Shown here piece by piece: positions 36,088 through 48,240 of a stretch of DNA of 64,000 nucleotides. The stretch lies in the NCBI RefSeq assembly GCF_041146345.1, contig NW_027191413.1, forward strand, positions 930,001-994,000, read 5' to 3'. Made by a program: the position numbers and the translations under genes. Source of the DNA: Neodothiora populina (Eukaryota). The notes below the pieces were generated by a model, which was not told where the DNA came from, made no database searches, and worked only from the letters and a program-made list of their open reading frames with translations. Position 1 is the first letter of the stretch; each line of letters opens with the position of its first letter.

Positions 36088-38329
36088 GTCCAGTGATCGA
36101 CAAATGAAGTGTTATTGCTGGCTTTTATTGCTTTCAGCAAGTTGGACGAATGAGAGCGCGGGCTTTTGCTGCAGGCGCTTATCCTTCATCAACCTGTTGC
36201 GATCTTCGGTGGTACCGGATAGATGACGATTCGTGCCCGTGGTATGCTCATCATAGGTTAAAACAAGACACGGCCTGTCACACATTTGCTGTTTCTTCGA
36301 GAGCCCGATTTGACCCACGCATCGGCTCGGTGCATGCAATGCAAGCGAATCTCTGGTGGACTGCGAGATACTGTACAGTATTACTACACCACATGCCCTG
36401 GATAAAGGAGCGAATTGCAGGGCAGCAATGTTGCAGCAGGATCCAGCTTAGTACCTTGGGATAAGGCAAGGCAACAAAAAAAGGTTTCTGGCTGCGCGGT
36501 CCGTTAGAGTGCAGTAACAGTACATTGCCTTTTCCGTGACATGAACCCTTTCTCTCCTCCCCCTTCCTCCCGTTACATGCAGGCTTTTGCAAGCCATCGC
36601 GCGTCTAAATCATTAGCAGCATGCACCAGCGAACAGGCCGGGGTTGAGCCATGGTCACAGAAGCTTCCGGCACCAATCCACAATCAGCCAATTCCGTCTT
36701 GCTATACCCCGTCAGGCACTTTAATCTAATAGGCCAATCTCGGACACAGCGAGAATGGCAATGCGTACTTCAACAAGCAGTCGTGCTGGTGAGTCTGGCA
36801 TGTCGAATCGGGATCGTTGCCTTGTACAAGCCTTGTGATTTAGATGCTTCGCCGTGCATACTGGAGTCCAGCATTCGGTAAGACGCAGTAAAGTACAGAT
36901 ACAAGTACATGCTGTCCGCCGACCATTCATACTCTACTTGACCCTATACAGTACACCAAGTAGAAATGTTCGGACACCAGCTTTACCCTAAGAGATGTTG
37001 TGGATTTCTACCCAATGCTCATCTGCATCTTGTCACATCTTATGGGTTTTCACCAATGGCAGGTAGCATGATAACTTTTGCACTGTATGTGACACGTACA
37101 CCTCAGCGTATTCGTATTATTGTGTATATGAGCAGTGCAACACGACGTCAGCATTTGGAAGCCATGGGCATCGCTGTGACCAGGCACTGTGCGGCACCCA
37201 ATCGCTCTCGTAGAGCAACAGACAAACCCTACAACTTCAGCCCCACATAATGGTATGTTAATCACACTTGATCTCCACGTCCGGCCCTCCTTCTCTCCTG
37301 AGCTCGATGACCTTATGCTGTGGCAGCATGCAGCCACAATCACCCAATCATCAGATCAGCCAAGTGCGGCAAGCAGTCATACGTATCGTCGATCATGCGG
37401 CCCAGTGACAAGTTCCTGTGGGAAATCGTTCTTTGGTAACTTGCCCTGCACACACACATTTTTCGACTGCTTGTGCATAGTGCGGACAATCCTTGCTTCA
37501 CTATCCCTACACATTATGCTTGTGATGCGGAGGAGACAACAGGCACGTGTCTGTGCCGGGGTGTCGTCCTACCCACCCTCAATCTTTTGACAGGCAAGAG
37601 CCTGCTTGTCGCCCTTCCTCGGCACAAGGATGATCCTGATATTGGGCTATCTTCTCTTTCGCGAACGATGATGCGCGCGCAGACGTACCCACTTTCTTCT
37701 CCAGTTCATCACTTAAAACAGGGGCATGCATAGATCTCATTTAATTAGCCTTCTGTTTCATAGTCTAAGCGGAGCCGCTGTCCGGATACCAGCGTCGGGT
37801 TGCTCCTGACGTTGCGCCGCAACTCTTTGCACAAGATAGACCAATCTACCTTACTTCGTATCTATAACGGATAACAACGTCTACAAGAGTCTAATCGGTG
37901 TCTTTTTTATACAATCACAGGTGAGTCGCAGGCGGAAAGTGCATGATCTGAGCGGAGGCAACACTGGAAGTGCTCGAGCCGGCATATACCTTAAGTTTTC
38001 GAATCCCGATGTGCCTCTATGCGGAATGGAACTGGAGGAACTCAATCCATGAGCCACTGGCGCTATATTATCAGTGGTGCATAGTAATATGCTACGCCAT
38101 TTCCCCCCTACCACCTCCGCGAATAACGCAGGCTATTTGTGGAGGGTCCGGACTCGGACGGAATGCAAGACCATACAGTCTTTCTCGCTATTAAAATATC
38201 CAAAGCGGATCCGTAGAGGCCATTTATCCCATATACATAATCCCTGCCAGCGCGGTCGATTCCCAATGTTTTCGCCTTACTCCATGCTCAAAAACGCTCA
38301 AAAGAAATGAAAATAGCAGTATTTTGAAA

Positions 38330-39687
38330 TTACATTGAGTTATCGCCTGGTAGCCGCGGCAATCGCGCCGCGTTAAATTGACCTTCGTCATCCGCCCCAG
38401 GTTCAAGTCCTAAAGAGGCGATTTCATTTTCGTCTATAGTATCTGGATCATTCATGGCCTGAGGATCAAATGGTGGAAAGGGCGTGGTCGGCTCGCCGTC
38501 AGGCGTCTCTCCAAGCGGCACGACAGCTTTTTCGACAGAAGGAATCTGAGTAGATCATTAGTGATAGATTTTGCGGTTGTCCTCAACAAAAGACATACGG
38601 AATCGCCCGGTACATCGGCCAGACGTTCAGCAGCCAGACGGTGGGCGGCCACTCGTCTCTTTACGATCTCAGCTTCTTCCTCCTCTTGGGCTTCGTCCTC
38701 CTCTTGCTTCAGCTCCGCCATGGATGCGATTATCTTTGGCTCAGTGGACACGTCTTTGGCTGGTGACTCGGTACTATTACATCGGGATAATCGTTTCGAG
38801 TTCCGGCTGCTCCGGCTTGACAATGTTCGTGTAGACATGCGAGAACCAGCGCTTGGACGCTTGCCTTTTCTTCCGCTGCTTGCTTCGTCCATGCCGCTAT
38901 TTGTGGTCCGGCGTTCCAGCACCATTGCGAACTCATCATCGAGGGGTATGGCATCGTCAAGCTCATCTTCACTGGGAAAGATGTCGCCCCGCGAGCTCAA
39001 AGAGTCGGTAGTATTCCCACTGCCCTGAGTGCCACTCCGCACCCTCTTGTGGCCCCTGCTGTTGAACGCTTGCCTGACTTCGTCTTCCTCGTCCTCTTCC
39101 AGTAATGGTGCATTCTCAGGCGTGTGGTGAGCAGCGCCGGGGTGCTCTTGCAGATCTGCAGCAGACGGTTTGTATCGCAAACTTTTTCCTGCACCAAGCT
39201 TACCTGTCAACTTGCCAAAAAGACCCCAATATGAGGCGGCAGGGATAACGGTAGGATCAGCACTCTCACGAGGCTGGCTTCTTCGGCGATTGCCCCTTCG
39301 TGAGGTTCCATAGCTCATGCCGCGCTGCCTGGCAGGCTGGGTGGTCGTTGCGCCGTAACCTCGCGAGGAGCCCAGAAGGGAGTCGTACTCGTCATTGCCC
39401 CATCCCAGCAGACTCGTGTCTTCCTCATCGTCCCAGTCATCGTAGAAGTCGAAGCTCAATTCTGCTCTTCCTCGAGACCTCGCCCTACTCCTGCGGCGCT
39501 GGTCGCGCGGAGCGCAACAAGAGGCGGTGCAGGGTCCGAAGCAATCGCCAATGGAGGAGAAACAGGGCGTAAGATATCTATGGGAGAAAGTGTAGACATT
39601 GGCCTGGGCGGTTTCATTCGCAGATTCGATGGTTTGCGAGATTTCATTGAGAGTACGGCGGAAGCGGGGGTCATTGCGCCTATACAT
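38330..39687 (-). CDS. Conserved fungal hypothetical protein
   Basis: MYRRNDPRFRRTLNEISQTIESA..., FDFYDDW, YKPSAADLQEHPG, SLSSRGDIFPSEDELDDAIPLDDEFAMVLERR. Intron 38598..38546 joins ORF 38330..38521 in frame. Confidence 0.85.
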
Positions 39688-40894
39688 CTTGACGCGATGT
39701 GGCCTGGCCAGCAGAAATACTACGGGACAGGCTGGTGCGACTAGTGTCGCAGCGACACACAATTACGGTGAGAAGCCGAGGCTTACAACAATGTTGCTGG
39801 CGCGCGCGCGGAGAAAGGGCATTGAAGGCGCGGTAGGTGACCTGGATTATCGGTTATCCTGGCTGCCTTGCATGTACCAGATGGGTTGTTTGCCAGGGCT
39901 GATTCATGTCGCAGTAGAGGAGGAGAGGAGGAGGATAAGGTGGTGCAAAGGGCATCGACGACGATGATGACGGGATGCTTGCACCGCTTGCACCGCTTGC
40001 TTTGTTACACCGAGCTCCGATCGCCCGAGTCATACTCGCGGCTGGGTTGACCGCAGAAACGCTCACACCCGAGTCACGCTCACGTTACACTAAACAGAAT
40101 GGTGACAGAAGGGGCGGCACCTTATTTGTCACACTTCCTCGCTTACTCTGTCCCCATGATGAAAGTATGAGTTCTTCCCGCGCAACACTCGAGAAATGAT
40201 CCAAGTACGAGGTTTTGGACGGTACCTTAAGATGCAGGTGAGGTCCTGGAAGCGGTGCTCGTCTTCCAGGCATATCTTCATCTTCGATCACAGCCATGTG
40301 TACCTTGCCTTACGTCCAAGTAGCACGCACTAGCACAGGTACAAGCACGATTCTTGCCGTTGAAAGGATCGTATAATCGTATAAGATGATGCCCTGGCCT
40401 GACTTGAACCCGATGATGCTACACACTAGCAGCTAAAGCAAGTTACAAATAGGCGGATACGACGCTCGGGCCGTCAGATATACTTGCTCCCACGCAGCAC
40501 ACAGCACTGCAGACTGGTCTCTAGGGTTGGTCTGGACTCGTTCAGGAAAAGTCGATAGATCCAGACTTCGGAGATGCTCACAAGGTTCCGAGGGGTTTGT
40601 GTTTCCAACTGTGAGACAGGAAGGCGTCTTGAGCACTCCGTATACAATATCTGATGCCACGCCATAGTTCTGCCTTTTTCTTTCTTTCTTCTCGTCGCTG
40701 TCGGTTCTTGTGTCAACGTCCATACCGCAGGTCTACTCGTGAACTTCGGGCCCCGGTGGTCCCACATCGCTGTCGCGCGCCTGCATCAATACTAATCTCG
40801 AGGCCTGTCTGTATGCCACCATACCGTCCTTAGCTTCGAGAGCCTTTCGTTGTCGTTCTATCTTTGTTCTTGGCGGCCACCTCGCTCTTTCACC

Positions 40895-42146
40895 ATGCAT
40901 TACAGTAAGTCCCTGCACTGCCGCTAAAGAAACCTGCTGCTTTGTTTCTGGTCGTCGCTTTCCGGAAAGAGGCCGAGGTGCTGCGACTGCTCTTTGCACA
41001 CCCCAAAATGTCGTTGCCGTGATTATAACAACAATTCTTCTAGTTCGCTTTCTCAAGACGCCCAAGATCACGATAGACAACGACACAGTAAAGTTGAACG
41101 CCGTCGTCACTTTGACCACCGACCTCGGGGAGACTTTCTTCCTCGATGATGTTGCGCTAGCCGTCATATTACGCGCACCGGAGCGCAATGGCGACATCTA
41201 TGTCAGACGGACTTTCCAGTGGACCGGCGGCATGCGCGCCCTACCCATCTCCATGGACCTGACTCGGATCGACGTCGATTGGCCAGCCAGGGTTCACGTT
41301 GGCGTCAAAGGTGCTCCCTTGTCCGATCATTTTGAAAAGCACGCGAATCCGGACGCCATTCCAAGCATCATCTCTGTGTGGTCGGAGTCTCTGAACCCTA
41401 CAAAAGGCCGACTAGAGACTGGGCGGAGGGTGGAGCGACGGTTCATGCCGCTCAGTGAGCGTACACTCAGCATCTTCGAGGACACAGGCGACAGCATAGC
41501 CCGTCATCTGTGGGACGGCAGTCTTGCTCTCACTGCCTACATCGACCGGATCATAGCGCTACAGGCTCCCACCACAATGCCTATGCTTGAGAAAGTATTC
41601 GGCACCGCCAGTGTCAAGAGATTGCGCGTGCTAGAGATCGGCTGTGGCGCCGGTATAGTCGGCATCGGACTCGCACAAACGATCCCGGACTGTGAGGTGG
41701 TGTTGACTGACCTGGAAGAGGTCGTTGAGTTGGTGGACCGCAATATCGAGGCTGCAAACCCTGCCATTTCCTCAACTATTGAATTCTGCCCCTTGGACTG
41801 GGAAGCTCCCCTACCGCCGAAAGTCAAATCCCGCCAATTTGACCTCATTATTGCTGCCGAGTGCATATACAACACCGACTCAATACCCCCGCTTGTCGAG
41901 ACACTGATGGCCCTGGTGCAGCGAAGTCCCAAGGCTGTCGTTCTCATCTCTACCAAAGTCCGACACGGCAGCGAAGCCATGTTCTGGGACCTATTCGAGC
42001 AGAAAGGCTTCGTCCGGGCTAGCAAGACCGAGATACCTTTACCGGGGCAGCCCGGTCATGGCTACGGAGATAGCGCTACGCACGTAGATGTGTATCTCTA
42101 CTATCAGAAATACACCAGGCCCAGCGTGAGCCCCGAGGCTCGCTGA
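40895..42146 (+). CDS. Class I SAM-dependent methyltransferase (METTL21/Methyltransf_16-like)
   Basis: MHY|IRFLK via intron 40905..41043. IFEDTGDSIARHLWD, VLEIGCGAGIVG, LTDL, LDW, DLIIAAECIYN, KVRH. Confidence 0.9.
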
Positions 42147-42639
42147 GACGCAACGCATGGCCTGACAGGGCTTTTCGATGGACTTTGGATATTGTATCCA
42201 GGACGAAAGCTATCTTACGACGAATCATGATCATTGAGACTTTTCCCATTCTTGTCTTATCACCTCTCTGCATTGCTACCCTACTGCATTGCATCGGAAC
42301 GGAGTCTGCACTATTGCGTGTTGAATTAGCCCCCTTTGGATTTACAGGGAGAGCAGGCATCCAGCGGCGCGCATGACCAAGTCGAAGTTTTTATCGAGCT
42401 TTTGCACAACAAACGGCTGCTACATGTGATAATGAGCATACTCAAAAAGTATATATGAACAATATTTCTTCGCCGAGACTTGACCCCATGCGAGATCTTG
42501 AATGAATGCTACTTTTCTCCTGCTTTTCTCAATCACGTTTCACTATCTCATGTTCCATTTATTGTCATAGGTCTCATGACCAGCCAACAACAAAACAAGC
42601 ACGACGAACACCAGCACGTAAGCCGCGAATATATCCCCA

Positions 42640-43041
42640 CTATATGGTTTCAATCTTCACAGCCCTAAGCAGCCTGTCCCTATGAAACATCATCCTCACA
42701 CGACCAAGTAGCACACCAAAAGTAAGTCCACCAACATCCCCAAACTGCACTCCACCATTCGTACCCCCTATCGCTTCCTCTCCTCTCCTTTCTTCACCAT
42801 CCCCTCCTCCTCCCCCTCGTCCCCTATCCCAAACCGTAGCAACAACCCACGTCACCGGCGGCTGCGAAAGAAACATAGCTCCCACCCCAAGCGATGAAGC
42901 CAACGCCAACAAATCCTCGACATCCTTGCGCTCCAGAATCATATGCGCCGAGAATCTACCTTCCAGATGCGCAGGCGAGAGGTGCGAAAAGCGCCAGTGC
43001 GTGAGGGTTTGTACCACGGGATTCAGAAGTGGAGGAGCAGT

Positions 43042-43077
<36 letters not shown>

Positions 43078-43629
43078 TATATCTGTCCTCCCACCAGTCC
43101 CACCGGGCATGTCAGTTGCGACAGTAGTTATCGTCGTCGTTACATCCCACGAAGCGCTCGAAGACGTCCGTGGCGCCAGAAAGAGACAGCGTTGCGACGC
43201 CGGCGTCGAGGCGATCAGATCGCTCCAGAAAGGATGCACGCGTTCGCCGCAGAGCTGGAGACTGCGCAGATTCCGAGCGCGGTCGTACACGCTGGTCGAG
43301 CGCGGGTCTTCGGGCTCGTATGTGTGGCTTTGGTCATTGTCCGTCGCCTTGTTTGCAGCGGGCGGAATGGGCAGGGGAGACACGAAGCTTAGGATCAGGC
43401 TTAGCAGTTCGGGGAGTGCGAGCACGGTCGAGCATGCTGTTCTTTTGGGGGGTTGTTGGTCGTTTGGCGCCGTGGAGATAATGCTTGGATGCAGTGAAGG
43501 GTCTGGGGCTGGTGTGAGGGATGGATCTTGGGCTTCTCTCATCGGCGGATTGTTGTTTCTTGATGCAATGTACATATCGTGCTCTCCGTGGTCGGGCAGT
43601 ATGGGATTGATGCAGTGATGAGCGAGCAT
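42640..43629 (-). CDS. F-box-like domain protein (start codon uncertain: 43629, 43575 or 43542)
   Basis: STVLALPELLSLILSFV...LQLC..V...W..LI.......LFLAP, LLNP and MFLSQPP, a pattern typical of expanded fungal F-box families. Poly-Ala (GCA)n near 43043-43077. Confidence 0.65.
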
Positions 43630-44156
43630 GCGATGTCGGTGCTTCACTACTAGAATTCGAGTTACGTTCTATATATTACGAGATACAGTATGTCCGTAGA
43701 GCGATGGAAGGTTGAGCTACATCTTGCGCCTTCTGATCGTCGCCCTAGTCGACTAAGTAAATAAGGTATATATTGGTAGATTGCCGAGTACTGTATGTCG
43801 TGCGAGCTACGCGGGGGAGAAGATTGGCCTGAACCTTGAAGCTTTGTTCTGACTACTACCTGTGTCTAGCACCGCACCTAGATATCGACTCTCTTTTACT
43901 GATCGACTGGTCGGCAATTTATACGCTACATGGCTAGGTACACCCAGAAAGCCGTCCTGTTACTCTCAAACAAAAAAGTAACGCAGTGACGCACTGGTGT
44001 TGTCATAACGAGAATATAACATACTGAGGTATTGATGCCAAAAGAGAATCTATAAAACCTTCTCGCCTGGAAACTCCACATTGCGCCTTGCTCGAAACAC
44101 AATAAACGAAGTACCATGCATCGGTAATTCCTCGAGAATTTCTCGATCAAAACATA

Positions 44157-46071
44157 CTAGAGCTCCCCACTGCCCGAGCCTATGGCAAAAAGAGCCGCCT
44201 TGTCTCCTTTCCCTTTGCTCGCGTCGCTCAGCAATGCGAACCGCAAGAGGACTTCGGTGCATGTGACAAGGATTGACAGAATAATCAAGACGATGACGAT
44301 CCAGGTGATTTTAGTCATCTTCGTGTCCGCAATACTGTCGGAAAGAATCTCGGCCAGGTCCAGGAAAACACGGCAACGCTCGTTCAACACAAGGATTCGT
44401 GGCTTGATCTCGAGATACTCTCGAACAGCAGCATAAAGCGGATGGAGCGTCGGCTCCGAGTCCCAGAAGAAATTGGGTGTGTCCAACATGTTAGAGGCTA
44501 CACGATGAGTCAGCCGATGTTGTCTACATTGTATACACGAGTTTGCACTTACACAAGTTCACGTCAACTCTGCCCTGGAAGAGCTTTCCTACAAGAGCAA
44601 CGACTTCTCGCCTGCTCATGCCCAAGCGGCCCTCGAGAGCCAGTCTTCGAGGCACATATTGGGCTTCGCTCATGGTCTGCTGCATGCGCTCTTCGAAAAA
44701 GCTGAGCTTGGTGCTCTGAGAAATGGCGTGGCTCATGGCCAATTTGATCATATGATCTCTGGTCCTCAAGGTTATCATGTCGTTGAACAACCGAGGCTTT
44801 TCGATCTCGCTGTTGTATTCGAAGTGAAATTCCTCGGTCTCGAAGTCCTCTTCGGATAGAGGACGGTTAAGAAGAGGGGTCGCGACTGCAGACGGTATCT
44901 GTGATGAAGAGGGTGCGAGTTTAGTTGGGATGCTGGATGAGGAGGAAAATGTAAGATCGGCGAGGATGTCTTTCTCTTGATGTTCGGTAAAATTCCAGAA
45001 AACCGCAACGCCGTAGCTAAAGACAAAAAGCTCGGCAATGGTGAGCGGATCGGTGGTGGGGGTGGCAGCAAGTAGACTAGAGTTGCTCGATCGTCTGTCC
45101 TCTAGCGCTCCGTCTTTGCTGCTGCGTCTCATATGGCTCATGTGAGATTCCGTTGGAGTCGACGCCTCGGTGCCGCCGACGCTGTACTCGTCGCGTTCCT
45201 CGAACCAGCCTTCTCTGTAGTCTCTCCTCTCGTTCGCTTCAATTTGGTCATCTATCGTTGTTGTACCGCCGGGGTTCTTGAGAACAGGGCTACTCCGAAT
45301 GCGATAGCCGTCATTGCCTCCAAGAAGAGGCAACTGATATACACAATAAAGACAGTCGTCGTACAATTTGGTCCTGGCTCCGTGCTGGTCTCGCGTGAAG
45401 TCGGCTGTGGCACGTAGACGGTATGATTGAGCAGTGCAGTATGCCGTCACCCGGGCCAGTTGTTCAGCCCTACGAGCTTTGGGTAGCCTTTCAGCATATG
45501 ATTTGTCGCCGATCTTGGGATGTCTTCTCCTCAGCAACTCAGCATCAGAAGGAGGAGCACTCTCCCCATCATCAACATCCGCTTGTTCATCATCCTCATC
45601 CGCCTCGCTTGTTTCAGGAAGTAGAACAAGCTTCTCGCTGACCTTACTTGAGCGTGCAGGAATATGTGAGCCAGCGACGGGCAGAATACGACCAGCTAGT
45701 TTGGGATCCAGGGGATGACGGCCGCTAGGAGTGCGGGTATGGTTCTGTGGTCTCGAACCTGGTGGAGCTCTCCTTTGCGCAGATGGGATTTCTGAGGCAT
45801 ACTGGAGTACACTGTCTACTGATATGAGTTTGGTGCCGGTTCGCTGTAGTGTTGGCGGTCGCTGTGGCGCCTTGTTTGCTGTTTCTCTGGCATCCGTGAC
45901 CTAATATGCGTCAAAGTTAGGCGATTGTCAGTCTACAGTCTTTGCAAAAGGCATGTGACGATAGGAAAATAGGAGGGAATTGCTGGAAAGATCAAACAGG
46001 TGACGGAATAGGAAGCAGCGCTCACTCACCAGCACAGTCGGCCCCCGCTTGTTTCTAGGAGGAGCAGCCAT
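44157..46071 (-). CDS. RMD1 family (DUF155) protein, Rmd8/Sif3-like
   Basis: MAAPPRNKRGPTVL| first exon, SKVSEKLVLLPE, RVTAYCTAQSY, FVFSYGVAVFWNF, DMITL, SHAISQSTKL, LDTPNFFW, YLEIKPRI.VLNERC, C-terminal TM segment. Confidence 0.9.
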
Positions 46072-46933
46072 TATATCCCGATTAGAGTGAATTACTACTC
46101 GCTCTTCCTTCTTTCTGTCCGTTACTCAATCCTACAGCAATGGGAAAATCCAAGGTAGTGAGAGTGATTGATTTCGTATATTCTGGCGTGCGCTTGAATT
46201 TGTCGGTCTCCTAATTTCTTCTCTGCTTCCCTGACTATGACCTGGATAGGTTAGAAAGGGATAAAGGAAACGCTGACTGCACAGATAGAGTAGTTATAAT
46301 TGCAAATGGTCATGAATTATTGGTATATACAACCAAGGCAAAGTACCTTAACCTTCACACTCTGAAGATGGAGAAGTCAGCACCGACCGACATTCGTCTT
46401 GCCGTGAAGAACGACGTCATGCGCTGCCAGCGAATGAGATGAGGCTCTGACAAGGCACGTGCGTCCGCGTGTCTCTACCTCTCCGTGACAGCACTTCAGA
46501 AGCATCAACCTGCAGTAGCGTAAGGTACTGTGCCTTACCTTTGCACAAGGCAGACATGAGCATACCTTGTTCTTCGTTGCCTTGAGCTATCATGGTCCAT
46601 AGGTGGGTGCTTATACATGTCGTCCAGTGAACAAGGTCTGGCTGTAGCAGAAAGCTGCATCTTCACATATGCTTTCGTTTCAACAGAGTAGAGTGTGCAA
46701 CGCAACTGGTATTAATAATGACAAGGCGATTTGCGATCTATGCTGGCTATCTGCCAGCTACTAACGTCAGTGTCCGGGAGGACATCTCGACCGTACAAGA
46801 ACGAAAGAAAAGGTATTTGCACAAAAAATATCCAATCATCTGAAGAAGAAAAACATTGCCGGTACCTCCTGGATTGACCGCCGCCCTTATCATCGTTGCG
46901 ATCAACAAAAGCAACACACCTTCATGCTCACGT

Positions 46934-48240
46934 TCAGTTGCAAATGACACTGAACTGCCTGTCCGTTAGAGGCTGGGGGAAGATGCCGGCGTCAATCAGC
47001 CGGAAGGCATCCCACTCGGGGCTGGACTCGGTCTTGAAGTTCCAGAAGACCCAGCCCTGCGTGTTTCTTTCAAAGGCCTCTAATTGGGCCTCTATATAAC
47101 CGCGCATGTCATTCTTGAACGTTTGGCTCCAGGTGTCCAGAGAGTTGATGCCCTCGCATGAGCCAACCCACGTGCTACCGGGATATGTGCCATCGTAACG
47201 TGCGCCAATGCCATAACCATTGAGTGCCGCTGCGCAATCGGTCATGGCAGCAGTCCACTCTCCGACAAAGGTCCACTTATCCGCGCCAGAATACGTCGGC
47301 GCATGGTTGCATACGTATTGTCTGTGCTCCCAAGGCTGGAGGGCGACAAGCTCGTCGGTGAAAACCTGGTATTCATGGTGGTCAAGAGCAACGTTTCGCG
47401 CATTGTTGTCGGATGGACTCAACCAGCCATTGTATGTGTTTGGAGGCTGAAATCCGTCCTGAATCACAACGACACGGGACTGTGAGGAAACGCGCTGCTG
47501 TCCGTATCCGTCACGCTCGAACTGCTTCAGCTTGTCGAAGTCGAGCTCAGACGACAGGGGCTCGTTGATTAATTCGATGCCGGCAATGACATCGTCGTAA
47601 GAAGAATCGCCATACTTGTTCTGGATGGTCTGCAGTACGGCCAAGGTCCTCTCTACCGTGTCGCCTTCTTGCCATTGTGGCTTGTCGAGACGCTGTCCTG
47701 AGTTGTCAAATCCGTTCTGGGAGCCTGGAGCGCTGTGGAGATCAATAATGACCTTCAGGCCCGTTCCTCGCGCCCAGTCTATCGCTGCGTCCAGGTACGG
47801 CGCTGCACCAGAAACATAAGGGCTGTTCGAGTTGTCGTATGCCCAGTGACCAATTGGGATTCTAACGACATTGAAGCCAGAGTCGGCGATCTTTTGAAAG
47901 TCGGAGAATTGCACCCAGGAGTCCCAGTGCGGCTTCAGCACACTGTATGCTGCATCGTATCCTAACTTTTCTCCTAGCGTGTACTCGTCTACGATACCCT
48001 GGTCTATAGGGTAGGCTTGGAAGATCGAGGGGGTGATCCACCTGAGAGGTATGTGTAAGTCTATGAACATCCAAGGTCGACGCAGACTGCAACTTACGGC
48101 TCGAGCACCAACCACCCTCCTATGTTGACTCCTCGCATAGTCTCACGGCCCCAGTTGAAGCCAGAAAATTGTTTGCCAGCGGGCGCTGCCACTGCTGTGG
48201 CTACAGCAGCCAAGATTTGAAGGGAGATGGCGAGCGTCAT
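46934..48240 (-). CDS. EXG1: Secreted glucan 1,3-beta-glucosidase (GH5, Exg1-like)
   Basis: Signal peptide MTLAISLQILAAVATAVAAP, RGVNIGGWLVLEP|WITPSIF, VRIPIG.W, DLH.APGSQNGFDNSG, acid/base INEP, DHHEYQVF, nucleophile VGEW. Confidence 0.93.

Noticed and set aside
37770..37800. TPP riboswitch-like GGATACCAGCG
   Set aside because: Lacks the upstream CTGAGA and the rest of the aptamer core, and no thiamine gene is nearby.
10303..46030. Nested (stwintron) structure in the longer introns of GSTK, EFM6, the methyltransferase and RMD8
   Set aside because: Each can be removed as one ordinary GT-AG intron restoring the conserved frame; no interrupted donor seen.
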